DNA from: Paraphysomonas bandaiensis
Lineage: Eukaryota > Protista > Chrysophyceae
NCBI GenBank assembly: GCA_965644295.1
Contig: CBFFRP010000365.1
Location: forward strand, 1-64,000
Length of the DNA stretch: 64,000 nucleotides
Reading direction: 5' to 3'
A model generated the notes under the pieces. That model did not search any database. It was given only the letters and a program-made list of their open reading frames with translations, and was not told the DNA's origin. Below, piece after piece: positions 1 through 13,624 of this stretch. Positions within the stretch are counted from its first letter, which is position 1, and every line of letters begins with the position of its first letter. The translations under genes and the position numbers were made by a program.

Positions 1-2642
1 ACACCCTTACGTTCTACAACTCTTGTTGTCTTATACAGAAGTCCGTCCTCATCATCAATATGATACGTTCCTTCTAAGCTGACATAGTCGGATGCAAGCT
101 TGGGTCTAGCGGCCTCCCGCACTCGAAGAGCATCAATCTCTGCGAAATACTTCTCTGATCGTGATGGCGTTGACTCATCAGTCAATATATGGACTGTAGT
201 CACCACCTTGTTTGATTCAGGAAGATATACATGGTATCCTACCTTCTCATCAGAGTAACCCATTAAATATCCAACTAGAGCCTTATCCTCCCAATCCTTT
301 CGTCGATCCGCCTTCGGTGAAAGAACATAAGTTCGACACCCCCATACCCTAAGATATCTCAAATTTGGAGGCTCACCCGTTAGAAACTCTATAGGAGACA
401 TATACCCTTTATCTGTTTTCGTTGGCAATCGAATCAAAATATATCTGGCTGCCATGTATGCATCCAGCCAAAATTGCGGTGGCAGTCCAGATTGGATTAG
501 CATTGCAAGAGTCATCTCTCCAGCAGTTCTGAACTTCCTCTCCTCTATGGCATTCATTTATGGAGAGTCTGTTGAGCTCCACGTATGTTGATAGCACTCC
601 TGTGTCCTAAGATACTGACGCAGCTCTTCACTGATTAACTCTCTTGCACCATCTGCATGATAGTGCTCCATCTTGAGCTTGTACCTTCTAACATCTCCTC
701 TAAATAGCTCTTTGAAGACTTCTAAGATCGCTTCCCCAGTTCTGTGGACTAAACCCGTCGCCCAGAACATTTTGCTGGCATGATGCGTTATCTTTAACAC
801 ATACCTCTCACCTCCTCTAGCAGGACAATTTAAGTACACTGCGATATCTGCTGAAAAATTCGGTCTAACGGAATTCTCGTCCTTCGTTCGGAAGCTGACT
901 CGGGTTATCTTAGACCTGGCACACACATCACACAAACACTGATTTTTGTGTACCTTGGCTGTGAGGTGTTTTCGTTTCAACCCTGTACCCATGATGAGCA
1001 TCCTCTTATGTGCCTCCACTAAAGCATGTTTGTTGAAGTGACCCGCTCTCCGATGCAGCAACTCCAGCTCGTCCTCACCAGTCCTATCGCTAAGATTTAC
1101 TTCACAATTACTCGGTGTAGACACATCTGGAAGCTCCAACAGCTGCTGAGTTGGAACTGCTGTCATGCCATTCTTCATGGGTCCCTCCAGTACTAGCTCA
1201 CCAGTATTACAATCATATATTTGGATGCCATACCAAACCGTGAATCTATATCCCATTTCGTTCAGCTTACGTCCGGAGCACAGGCATCGATTGATCTGAT
1301 CTGAAATTTCAATGTCTCTCCATGCTCCACGGGAACCCACACTTGTGATATGAATCTCTGATCCCTTCTTAGAGCCGTTTATCACCTTTGATGTATTCAT
1401 ATGAGTGTCAAGCATGGTCACATCATTCATCAAGAACATTGATGATGAACAGCAGGTGTCAATATATGTATAATGCATGTCATCATTTACACTACATATA
1501 TTCGTTTCATGTATATTGCATGACAATTTCATAACATCCTCGATCATATTAGCTTCATCTTCATCAGAGAAATCTGCTGGTTCTCCACGCCGTATATTCT
1601 CTACTGTCAGCAACCGTTTGTCCGGCTTCCTACCATGATTCTTCCCTTTCTCTCCTCTTCTAGAATGCTTTTTCTTCGTCGTTGGACAATCAGCAGCAAG
1701 ATGTTCCAGAGACTTGCAATTTCTGCATCCCGTGTACTCCGCACTTCCAGGACGCTGCCCTGATATCTCTCCATCCTTCTTCCTCTGCTTCCTCCTGCAC
1801 TGTTCAGTTGAATGGCTATGAGGAATTCCTTCTTTCCTGCAATATCTACAGTTGCCCTTCTTACGCTTATCCCGTTCCGTTCGAGACCGTTTGCTCTTTT
1901 CAATGAAATTCAGCTCCTCCACCTTCTTGCGTTTCCGCTCTAACGCAATCCTTCCAGGAATGGTATCATCATACCGTTCTATCTTCCTTGATAATGTTGC
2001 ATAATCAACATCATCAGGCATCAAATACAAAGCAACATTCAGAGGAGCATATTCTTCATTCAACAGACCTTCTCGTAACCGTGTTATTTTTGAGAGCTCC
2101 GATATGTCCTGCTGCTGCTCCTGTAGCTCTTTCAGCAGTATTTCAAACCGTATTATATAGTCCTTCGCAGTCTCCTCCGGACGCATACGGAAAGATCCAT
2201 ACTGAGTCAACAGCTCACTGATCTTGTTTTGCTTCCCTCCAGCAAAGCACTTCTTCAACTCATCAATCATAATATGCGCCTTAAACCTGTTGCTTCCACT
2301 TCCATCAGCCTTGAACCCTTTATGTAGAAGATGGAATTTCTGAAGCGCCTTCGAAGATGATTGCACTGCCTCTCTGCAGTACGAATACGCTATGGCATTC
2401 GCCTTCCAGTACTTCTTCACAGCCTGTCTGTAAGACTTCTCCTCCATTAACGTGAGTGGCTGTTCCCCGAAGTCGCTCTCCTTCGGTGGTGGCTCCACAG
2501 CTACTTCACTTTGCTCTTTCCTCATGAGGAACGTTTCGAAGTCTTCAATCCATTGTTCAACATTGCTCTCATTAAACTGTGGCACTACTCCTCTATCCTC
2601 CTTCTCTCCTCCTCGCTCGCTACCATGTTGAGAAACGCTCAT
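1..2642 (-). mobile_element. Ty1/copia LTR retrotransposon gag-pol (gag, protease, integrase); runs off the left edge; one in-frame TAA at 558-560
   Basis: The 694-aa ORF has a CCHC knuckle (CRNCKSLEHLAADC), a protease-like YIDTCCS, a GAG-pre-integrase LHRRAGH..CDVC and an integrase HADGAREL. Manual translation past the stop continues in frame: MNAIEERKFRT..SGLPPQFW..LRVWGCRTYV..VGYLMGYS, a copia integrase C-terminus. Confidence 0.93.
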
Positions 2643-2689
2643 TTTACACTAGATCACAGAGAGAATTTGTCGTAAGACTAGATAGATTT

Positions 2690-2919
2690 ATTAATATCGT
2701 TTACACGAAGTTGTGATAACCAACACTAACTCATTATAATCCCTGCATAATATCCTACATATGCGAACCTCTCGTTACTGAACATATCTTGAACGATCAA
2801 ACTATTTCAGTTTCTCAATATCATCACAGCATTTGTACATCACTATATTTCACTGTATTCTCGTACATTGTCTTGAAGTGACATACTGAATATACTAGAA
2901 TAAGATCCATATTCTAATA
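2690..2919 (-). repeat. Putative 5' LTR/leader of the copia element
   Basis: AT-rich segment upstream of gag that ends exactly where homology to the tandem-array unit begins (2920). The inner boundary is uncertain and the partner LTR lies outside the window. Confidence 0.5.
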
Positions 2920-3829
2920 GCCTCCTCTTCCTTCTTCATTATTCTCCGTTCTTCTGCACTAATAAGAGCTCTCTTTCGCTCATTGGTGTCATTTCCGTGT
3001 TCATATGGGTGGAGTAAGCGAATGAAACAAGCGTGTTCGTCGTGTTCGTCCTCTCTCTTCTGGCAGCTATTCGCTAGATTGCCGGGCTGCGTATCAATTG
3101 ATTTGTTATAATTGCAATTATTACTTGCTGTCTCAATTCAATTAATTGGTACGCAGCCTTGCTAGATTGTGAACTGTGAACACACAACTTCCAGTTATCA
3201 GTTAGGATCAGATGACTCCCCTCAACAAAGTCGGACTCGCACCTTTTCATGGTGTTCTGGGGGATAAGTACCGGAGATATTTCTCTGGGAAACTAAAGTA
3301 ATCATAGCCAAAAGCCAAACGCTTGTGTGGTACAAGGGACAATAAGTAGTGTCACTTGGTGTAGACATCTTTGGGTCTTGACGAATAAACGGGTATCCGG
3401 GAATGGGTGCACATCAAGGGCATCCGGGGTATTGGGCTGCCCACTAAAGTCAAGCATCCCAGGTATGTGCTCCCTACTGAAGTCAAGCATCCGGGCTGCT
3501 CATCTTAAGGACTCAAAAGCCCTGAATTTAGCAGATATCAGATATGTCTGCGTTTTCTTGAAGTGATAGAGTGAAAGTGGTTGCACCTTGGTGCTTGCTG
3601 ACGCACAAGCAGCTTTCGTAGCGCTAAATAATAGGATATCAGAGTTAAGCACTAGTTAGTTAAACTATAATGCTACATTAGTTATGACTCTTACACTACA
3701 TGTAGTAATGCTAGTAATCAGATATTCACTACTCAGATGACTTTATTGTTTCTCCTCAGCACCTCTTTCTATGCACTTCGAAAGTAGTTATACTAATCTA
3801 ATGTGCAACAACTAATAAATCTGATGCCC

Positions 3830-4230
3830 TTGTATACTGTACCTCTGACATCTGTGATTTTTGCGGGTTGCCATATTGGGACGTTCTCCGTATCGAAATA
3901 TGAGTCCAATGCGTATGCTATGCCTGGTATCGTGTTCATTGATAGGTACAACATGGGCGCCTATCCGGCTAGGATAGAAATAATTCTCGATGTAGGTTCG
4001 CTCCACTGAGTGAATTCCTTGTTGATATCGTAGTCTCTCTGCAGTGTCGGGTGGTAGTGGAGTATTCCTGGTCTTGTCGTAGGGACCAACAACTCTTTCA
4101 AATTGTTTGATCCACATATATGGTCAGGTAAGCTCTCGTTGTGGTAACTCTGACATTCAGAGAGAGTGCCTGCAGAGTCATGTTGAACTACTCTACTCAC
4201 ATGTTTGTTTCGATGTCTTTGAGATGTTGC
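3830..4230 (-). pseudogene. Degenerate copia reverse-transcriptase fragment (present in every array unit)
   Basis: Frameshifted translation NTPLPP..YPSRIGA/MLYLSMNTIPGIAYA/IGLIFRYGERP matches the copia RT C-terminal motif Y.s.iG.LlYL...TRPDIAYAV..LSR. Confidence 0.7.
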
Positions 4231-4414
4231 TCGTCGACAGGCACTGATGATGTCCAGTGCAGTGCAGTGCAGTGCAGTGCAGTACTTGGATCGTCTGCAA
4301 TATATATAAGGAAAACTGAGAATTTTATGACACGAAAACCCCAGTTTTTTCATTTTATTTCCCTTTCCAGACACCATATTCAAATATGGCAACATATCTA
4401 GAAGTTCTTATCTC

Positions 4415-4560
4415 AAGCATCGGCAGTCAGTATTTCACTTTTCGGATATATATTGAAGCAAAATTCCTCCATAATACTGCAATACAACTACAGCTGGAAT
4501 ACACATAATTGTTGTCTCAATATTCGAGGCATCTTTCAACAAAAATATACGAAGGATGCA
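4415..4560 (+). mobile_element. Diverged copy of a ~150-bp MITE family (also in array units 2-4, and at 48553-48704 and 51825-51975)
   Basis: Aligns with the 48.6-kb and 51.9-kb copies over CAACTAC.GCTGGAATACA.ATAATTGTTGTCTCAATATT.GAGGCATCTT..AACAAAAATATAC.AAGGATGC. Confidence 0.7.
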
Positions 4561-4651
4561 CCTCAGAGTCGCACAGCTCGGCCTGGTATGCATCTCACAA
4601 TCTCATTCTCGAGACTTGTCGTGACAATATCATAACAAGACATAGCTGCGA

Positions 4652-6304
4652 ATGGACCCTCCTGAAAATGAGTTGGATATTGTCAAAAGGAAGATTGCTG
4701 CTATAGAAGTGAAGCTTGCTGATACAGAAGTGAAGCTTGCCAGAGCAGAAGCAGAAAGAGACAGAAAGCTTATCGAGGTGTATGCGAAACAAGCTATGGT
4801 GTATGAGAATCGTCTTGCGGGACTGCAGGAGAAAGAGAACCGACTCTCTCAAGCAGCAGGTGAGCTCATTGATTCCAATTCATGTGTCACCATTTAACAT
4901 CTTCTGTTTTCCTCAAAAATATTTACGGCCGTAGGAAACTCCCCATCTACTATTGATATTCTTTTGAGCAAACTGGAGACAATGTCAATCGGGATGGTCG
5001 AGGTTGTCAGCAAAGTGGAGACAATGTCAACCAGGACGGTCAGCAAAATGGAGACAATGTCAACCGGGATGGTCGAGGTTGTCAGCAAAGTGGAGACAAT
5101 GTCAACCGGGATGGCCAGCAAAATGGAGACAATGTCAACCGGGATGGCCAGCAAAATGGAGACAATGTCAACCGGGATGGCCAGCAAAATGGAGACAATG
5201 TCAACCGGGATGGCCAGCAAAATGGAGACAATGTCAACCGGGATTGAGGCTTTGCTTAAATATAACGAGGATAAGGAATCTGTCTCTGGTAGTGAGTTGA
5301 AGTTTTGTCATTACACTAGTTTTGGCTTTGGCGAATTGACACCCCGAATTGTCAAATGTGCCTTTGACTATGCTGCCACCAGACAAGAGTTTTCACAAAT
5401 TAAGACATGTGTTACGCAGTATACTCAAACAATAAGAAGTTTATATTGTGCCAAGAAAACAGAAGAGGTTGATTTTGTGCAGCCCTTGTCCCGTAATTTG
5501 TTGAAAGAGCTGGCGCAAGCAGTTGACATGGGAGGCAATGCAGAGGTGCAGTACAAAAATCACAGCCATGCTGTTAAATATGACAGCAAAGAATATCACA
5601 TTCGTGGTGAAATGGACGCTGGATTATTTTTGAAAGACACAACTTTCTGTCTGTGCCCGTGGGAAGACAAGAATATGAGTAACGAATGCTCTTGGAAATA
5701 CGTGACACAATGTGCTGCTGAGATGGCGGGCAAATTAGAGCACTTAAAATCTGGATATGATTTTATCCCAAAACGATATTGTGGTATTCTAACCAATGGG
5801 AGATGGTGGGTGATAGTTTTCAGACACATCAACAGCGAAGGACGAAGGTTGTGGCTGCACACAACTCCAATTCAAGCCATTGATATCGCCGGGAATATTA
5901 TACCTCGAGGTGTTTATCAAGTAATAATCTTTCTGTTTCATGCAATGATGATTTCCAAGGAGGTGATGAAGGCGCTGATCGTCAAGACGAGCAATATTTT
6001 TGATGTAGAAAAATCTGGTCGCCATATCGACAAGTATAGCCCGCATGAAGACGCATCGAGTGATGATGACGATGTGAAGACACACTCGAGTGAAGGTGGG
6101 AACATCGCTCGGCACAATGAGAGGGGTCGACATGGTGAAAATGGGGGGAAGCAGAGTGGTGGGCACCAGCATGCTGGACAAAGGTATGCATTGCAGGATA
6201 TTGGCAACATATGTAGTCCTTTGACTGTAAGCAACATCGCTGCCCACCAGAAATTAGTGCCAAAAAAGAATGTATTTACTGAAATTGGTCTGCGTGAATA
6301 TTGA
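4652..6304 (+). CDS. Coiled-coil + hendecad repeat + PD-(D/E)xK REase-fold protein (Crinkler-like effector), copy 1, ~525 aa; intron 4860-4934
   Basis: A GT..AG intron joins ORF 4652 in frame to ORF 4964. Contains SKMETMSTGMA repeats and the motifs GEMD..WEDK..QCAAEM..GILTNGRWW, typical of HsdR-N-like/CR-REase nucleases. Confidence 0.8.
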
Positions 6305-8405
6305 TGGGATATCTAGATGTAATCTAACAGTTTATGTATCTCTTGCTTCTCATTAGATTATGAGGGAATGTCAGAATGTCATATATTTATATTTAGTAAT
6401 ATATAGAATGTTTTCCAACAGAAAAACGCTGGACAAAGTAAAACTCTTACTTTAAAAGAATTAAGATCCTTGGCCAATACAGTAGCCGTAGCTACATCTG
6501 GATCTAAAATAGTTATAGCTACAAGGATTCTCAACGCATAATATGCTGTATTAGTTATAGTGGGGAAAACACAATTCATTTATGCTTTCTACCAATATGA
6601 ATACGTAGTCCATTTTCTTTCCTTGCGACAAAATCACACATTGGGCAGATGACATTACCCGCACATATATTAAACTTGGCCTCCTCTTCCTTCTTCATTA
6701 TTCTCCGTTCTTCTGCACTAATAAGAGCTCTCTTTCGCTCATTGGTGTCATTTCCGTGTTCATATGGGTGGAGTAAGCGAATGAAACAAGCGTGTTCGTC
6801 GTGTTCGTCCTCTCTCTTCTGGCAGCTATTCGCTAGATTGCCGGGCTGCGTATCAATTGATTTGTTATAATTGCAATTATTACTTGCTGTCTCAATTCAA
6901 TTAATTGGTACGCAGCCTTGCTAGATTGTGAACTGTGAACACACAACTTCCAGTTATCAGTTAGGATCAGATGACTTCCCTCAACAAAGTCGGACTCGCA
7001 CCTTTTCATGGTGTTCTGGGGGATAAGTACCGGAGATATTTCTCTGGGAAACTAAAGTAATCATAGCCAAAAGCCAAACGCTTGTGTGGTACAAGGGACA
7101 ATAAGTAGTGTCACTTGGTGTAGACATCTTTGGGCCTTGACGAATAAACGGGTATCCGGGAATGGGTGCACATCAAGGGCATCCGGGGTATTGGGCTGCC
7201 CACTAAAGTCAAGCATCCCAGGTATGTGCTCCCTACTGAAGTCAAGCATCCGGGCTGCTCATCTTAAGGACTCAAAAGCCCTGAATTTAGCAGATATCAG
7301 ATATGTCTGCGTTTTCTTGAAGTGATAGAGTGAAAGTGGTTGCACCTTGGTGCTTGCTGACGCACAAGCAGCTTTCGTAGCGCTAAATAATAGGATATCA
7401 GAGTTAAGCACTAGTTAGTTAAACTATAATGCTACATTAGTTATGACTCTTACACTACATGTAGTAATGCTAGTAATCAGATATTCACTACTCAGATGAC
7501 TTTATTGTTTCTCCTCAGCACCTCTTTCTATGCACTTCGAAAGTAGTTATACTAATCTAATGTGCAACAACTAATAAATCTAATGCCCTTGTATACTGTA
7601 CCTCTGACATCTGTGATTTTTGCGGGTTGCCATATTGGGACGTTCTCCGTATCGAAATATGAGTCCAATGCGTATGCTATGCCTGGTATCGTGTTCATTG
7701 ATAGGTACAACATGGGCGCCTATCCGGCTAGGATAGAAATAATTCTCGATGTAGGTTCGCTCCACTGAGTGAATTCCTTGTTGATATCGTAGTCTCTCTG
7801 CAGTGTCGGGTGGTAGTGGAGTATTCCTGGTCTTGTCGTAGGGACCAACAACTCTTTCAAATTGTTTGATCCACATATATGGTCAGGTAAGCTCTCGTTG
7901 TGGTAACTCTGACATTCAGAGAGAGTGCCTGCAGAGTCATGTTGAACTACTCTACTCACATGTTTGTTTCGATGTCTTTGAGATGTTGCTCGTCGACAGG
8001 CACTGATGATGTCCAGTGCAGTGCAGTGCAGTGCAGTACTTGGATCGTCTGCAATATATATAAGGAAAACTGAGAATTTTATGACACGAAAACCCCAGTT
8101 TTTTCATTTTATTTCCCTTTCCAGACACCATATTCAAATATGGCAACATATCTAGAAGTTCTTATCTCAAGCATCGGCAGTCAGTATTTCACTTTTCGGA
8201 TATATATTGAAGCAAAATTCCTCCATAATACTGCAATACAACTACAGCTGGAATACACATAATTGTTGTCTCAATATTCGAGGCATCTTTCAACAAAAAT
8301 ATACGAAGGATGCACCTCAGAGTCGCACAGCTCGGCCTGGTATGCATCTCACAATCTCATTCTCGAGACTTGTCGTGACAATATCATAACAAGACATAGC
8401 TGCGA

Positions 8406-9983
8406 ATGGACCCTCCTGAAAATGAGTTGGATATTGTCAAAAGGAAGATTGCTGCTATAGAAGTGAAGCTTGCTGATACAGAAGTGAAGCTTGCCAGAGC
8501 AGAAGCAGAAAGAGACAGAAAGCTTATCGAGGTGTATGCGAAACAAGCTATGGTGTATGAGAATCGTCTTGCGGGACTGCAGGAGAAAGAGAACCGACTC
8601 TCTCAAGCAGCAGGTGAGCTCATTGATTCCAATTCATGTGTCACCATTTAACATCTTCTGTTTTCCTCAAAAATATTTACGGCCGTAGGAAACTCCCCAT
8701 CTACTATTGATATTCTTTTGAGCAAACTGGAGACAATGTCAATCGGGATGGTCGAGGTTGTCAGCAAAGTGGAGACAATGTCAACCAGGACGGTCAGCAA
8801 AATGGAGACAATGTCAACCGGGATGGCCAGCAAAATGGAGACAATGTCAACCGGGATGGCCAGCAAAATGGAGACAATGTCAACCGGGATGGCCAGCAAA
8901 ATGGAGACAATGTCAACCGGGATTGAGGCTTTGCTTAAATATAACGAGGATAAGGAATCTGTCTCTGGTAGTGAGTTGAAGTTTTGTCATTACACTAGTT
9001 TTGGCTTTGGCGAATTGACACCCCGAATTGTCAAATGTGCCTTTGACTATGCTGCCACCAGACAAGAGTTTTCACAAATTAAGACATGTGTTACGCAGTA
9101 TACTCAAACAATAAGAAGTTTATATTGTGCCAAGAAAACAGAAGAGGTTGATTTTGTGCAGCCCTTGTCCCGTAATTTGTTGAAAGAGCTGGCGCAAGCA
9201 GTTGACATGGGAGGCAATGCAGAGGTGCAGTACAAAAATCACAGCCATGCTGTTAAATATGACAGCAAAGAATATCACATTCGTGGTGAAATGGACGCTG
9301 GATTATTTTTGAAAGACACAACTTTCTGTCTGTGCCCGTGGGAAGACAAGAATATGAGTAACGAATGCTCTTGGAAATACGTGACACAATGTGCTGCTGA
9401 GATGGCGGGCAAATTAGAGCACTTAAAATCTGGATATGATTTTATCCCAAAACGATATTGTGGTATTCTAACCAATGGGAGATGGTGGGTGATAGTTTTC
9501 AGACACATCAACAGCGAAGGACGAAGGTTGTGGCTGCACACAACTCCAATTCAAGCCATTGATATCGCCGGGAATATTATACCTCGAGGTGTTTATCAAG
9601 TAATAATCTTTCTGTTTCATGCAATGATGATTTCCAAGGAGGTGATGAAGGCGCTGATCGTCAAGACGAGCAATATTTTTGATGTAGAAAAATCTGGTCG
9701 CCATATCGACAAGTATAGCCCGCATGAAGACGCATCGAGTGATGATGACGATGTGAAGACACACTCGAGTGAAGGTGGGAACATCGCTCGGCACAATGAG
9801 AGGGGTCGACATGGTGAAAATGGGGGGAAGCAGAGTGGTGGGCACCAGCATGCTGGACAAAGGTATGCATTGCAGGATATTGGCAACATATGTAGTCCTT
9901 TGACTGTAAGCAACATCGCTGCCCACCAGAAATTAGTGCCAAAAAAGAATGTATTTACTGAAATTGGTCTGCGTGAATATTGA
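8406..9983 (+). CDS. REase-fold effector-like protein, copy 2 (~500 aa); intron 8614-8688
   Basis: Identical to copy 1 except for 25 fewer repeat residues. Confidence 0.8.
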
Positions 9984-12079
9984 TGGGATATCTAGATGTA
10001 ATCTAACAGTTTATGTATCTCTTGCTTCTCATTAGATTATGAGGGAATGTCAGAATGTCATATATTTATATTTAGTAATATATAGAATGTTTTCCAACAG
10101 AAAAACGCTGGACAAAGTAAAACTCTTACTTTAAAAGAATTAAGATCCTTGGCCAATACAGTAGCCGTAGCTACATCTGGATCTAAAATAGTTATAGCTA
10201 CAAGGATTCTCAACGCATAATATGCTGTATTAGTTATAGTGGGGAAAACACAATTCATTTATGCTTTCTACCAATATGAATACGTAGTCCATTTTCTTTC
10301 CTTGCGACAAAATCACACATTGGGCAGATGACATTACCCGCACATATATTAAACTTGGCCTCCTCTTCCTTCTTCATTATTCTCCGTTCTTCTGCACTAA
10401 TAAGAGCTCTCTTTCGCTCATTGGTGTCATTTCCGTGTTCATATGGGTGGAGTAAGCGAATGAAACAAGCGTGTTCGTCGTGTTCGTCCTCTCTCTTCTG
10501 GCAGCTATTCGCTAGATTGCCGGGCTGCGTATCAATTGATTTGTTATAATTGCAATTATTACTTGCTGTCTCAATTCAATTAATTGGTACGCAGCCTTGC
10601 TAGATTGTGAACTGTGAACACACAACTTCCAGTTATCAGTTAGGATCAGATGACTTCCCTCAACAAAGTCGGACTCGCACCTTTTCATGGTGTTCTGGGG
10701 GATAAGTACCGGAGATATTTCTCTGGGAAACTAAAGTAATCATAGCCAAAAGCCAAACGCTTGTGTGGTACAAGGGACAATAAGTAGTGTCACTTGGTGT
10801 AGACATCTTTGGGCCTTGACGAATAAACGGGTATCCGGGAATGGGTGCACATCAAGGGCATCCGGGGTATTGGGCTGCCCACTAAAGTCAAGCATCCCAG
10901 GTATGTGCTCCCTACTGAAGTCAAGCATCCGGGCTGCTCATCTTAAGGACTCAAAAGCCCTGAATTTAGCAGATATCAGATATGTCTGCGTTTTCTTGAA
11001 GTGATAGAGTGAAAGTGGTTGCACCTTGGTGCTTGCTGACGCACAAGCAGCTTTCGTAGCGCTAAATAATAGGATATCAGAGTTAAGCACTAGTTAGTTA
11101 AACTATAATGCTACATTAGTTATGACTCTTACACTACATGTAGTAATGCTAGTAATCAGATATTCACTACTCAGATGACTTTATTGTTTCTCCTCAGCAC
11201 CTCTTTCTATGCACTTCGAAAGTAGTTATACTAATCTAATGTGCAACAACTAATAAATCTAATGCCCTTGTATACTGTACCTCTGACATCTGTGATTTTT
11301 GCGGGTTGCCATATTGGGACGTTCTCCGTATCGAAATATGAGTCCAATGCGTATGCTATGCCTGGTATCGTGTTCATTGATAGGTACAACATGGGCGCCT
11401 ATCCGGCTAGGATAGAAATAATTCTCGATGTAGGTTCGCTCCACTGAGTGAATTCCTTGTTGATATCGTAGTCTCTCTGCAGTGTCGGGTGGTAGTGGAG
11501 TATTCCTGGTCTTGTCGTAGGGACCAACAACTCTTTCAAATTGTTTGATCCACATATATGGTCAGGTAAGCTCTCGTTGTGGTAACTCTGACATTCAGAG
11601 AGAGTGCCTGCAGAGTCATGTTGAACTACTCTACTCACATGTTTGTTTCGATGTCTTTGAGATGTTGCTCGTCGACAGGCACTGATGATGTCCAGTGCAG
11701 TGCAGTGCAGTACTTGGATCGTCTGCAATATATATAAGGAAAACTGAGAATTTTATGACACGAAAACCCCAGTTTTTTCATTTTATTTCCCTTTCCAGAC
11801 ACCATATTCAAATATGGCAACATATCTAGAAGTTCTTATCTCAAGCATCGGCAGTCAGTATTTCACTTTTCGGATATATATTGAAGCAAAATTCCTCCAT
11901 AATACTGCAATACAACTACAGCTGGAATACACATAATTGTTGTCTCAATATTCGAGGCATCTTTCAACAAAAATATACGAAGGATGCACCTCAGAGTCGC
12001 ACAGCTCGGCCTGGTATGCATCTCACAATCTCATTCTCGAGACTTGTCGTGACAATATCATAACAAGACATAGCTGCGA

Positions 12080-13624
12080 ATGGACCCTCCTGAAAATGAG
12101 TTGGATATTGTCAAAAGGAAGATTGCTGCTATAGAAGTGAAGCTTGCTGATACAGAAGTGAAGCTTGCCAGAGCAGAAGCAGAAAGAGACAGAAAGCTTA
12201 TCGAGGTGTATGCGAAACAAGCTATGGTGTATGAGAATCGTCTTGCGGGACTGCAGGAGAAAGAGAACCGACTCTCTCAAGCAGCAGGTGAGCTCATTGA
12301 TTCCAATTCATGTGTCACCATTTAACATCTTCTGTTTTCCTCAAAAATATTTACGGCCGTAGGAAACTCCCCATCTACTATTGATATTCTTTTGAGCAAA
12401 CTGGAGACAATGTCAATCGGGATGGTCGAGGTTGTCAGCAAAGTGGAGACAATGTCAACCAGGACGGTCAGCAAAATGGAGACAATGTCAACCGGGATGG
12501 CCAGCAAAATGGAGACAATGTCAACCGGGATGGCCAGCAAAATGGAGACAATGTCAACCGGGATTGAGGCTTTGCTTAAATATAACGAGGATAAGGAATC
12601 TGTCTCTGGTAGTGAGTTGAAGTTTTGTCATTACACTAGTTTTGGCTTTGGCGAATTGACACCCCGAATTGTCAAATGTGCCTTTGACTATGCTGCCACC
12701 AGACAAGAGTTTTCACAAATTAAGACATGTGTTACGCAGTATACTCAAACAATAAGAAGTTTATATTGTGCCAAGAAAACAGAAGAGGTTGATTTTGTGC
12801 AGCCCTTGTCCCGTAATTTGTTGAAAGAGCTGGCGCAAGCAGTTGACATGGGAGGCAATGCAGAGGTGCAGTACAAAAATCACAGCCATGCTGTTAAATA
12901 TGACAGCAAAGAATATCACATTCGTGGTGAAATGGACGCTGGATTATTTTTGAAAGACACAACTTTCTGTCTGTGCCCGTGGGAAGACAAGAATATGAGT
13001 AACGAATGCTCTTGGAAATACGTGACACAATGTGCTGCTGAGATGGCGGGCAAATTAGAGCACTTAAAATCTGGATATGATTTTATCCCAAAACGATATT
13101 GTGGTATTCTAACCAATGGGAGATGGTGGGTGATAGTTTTCAGACACATCAACAGCGAAGGACGAAGGTTGTGGCTGCACACAACTCCAATTCAAGCCAT
13201 TGATATCGCCGGGAATATTATACCTCGAGGTGTTTATCAAGTAATAATCTTTCTGTTTCATGCAATGATGATTTCCAAGGAGGTGATGAAGGCGCTGATC
13301 GTCAAGACGAGCAATATTTTTGATGTAGAAAAATCTGGTCGCCATATCGACAAGTATAGCCCGCATGAAGACGCATCGAGTGATGATGACGATGTGAAGA
13401 CACACTCGAGTGAAGGTGGGAACATCGCTCGGCACAATGAGAGGGGTCGACATGGTGAAAATGGGGGGAAGCAGAGTGGTGGGCACCAGCATGCTGGACA
13501 AAGGTATGCATTGCAGGATATTGGCAACATATGTAGTCCTTTGACTGTAAGCAACATCGCTGCCCACCAGAAATTAGTGCCAAAAAAGAATGTATTTACT
13601 GAAATTGGTCTGCGTGAATATTGA
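12080..13624 (+). CDS. REase-fold effector-like protein, copy 3 (~489 aa); intron 12288-12362
   Basis: Identical to copy 2 minus one 11-aa repeat. Confidence 0.8.

Noticed and set aside
558-560. Alternative genetic code (TAA=Gln)
   Set aside because: TAA terminates other genes here (USB1, the ubiquitin-like gene), and the long ORFs contain no internal TAA/TAG.
4240-4300. Hammerhead ribozyme core (CTGATGA)
   Set aside because: No properly placed GAAA or stems. It is followed by a variable (CAGTG)n microsatellite (5, 4, 3, 3 copies).
4894-6263. Overlapping ORFs on other frames or strands in the array units
   Set aside because: Shadows of the REase gene and its 33-nt repeats.
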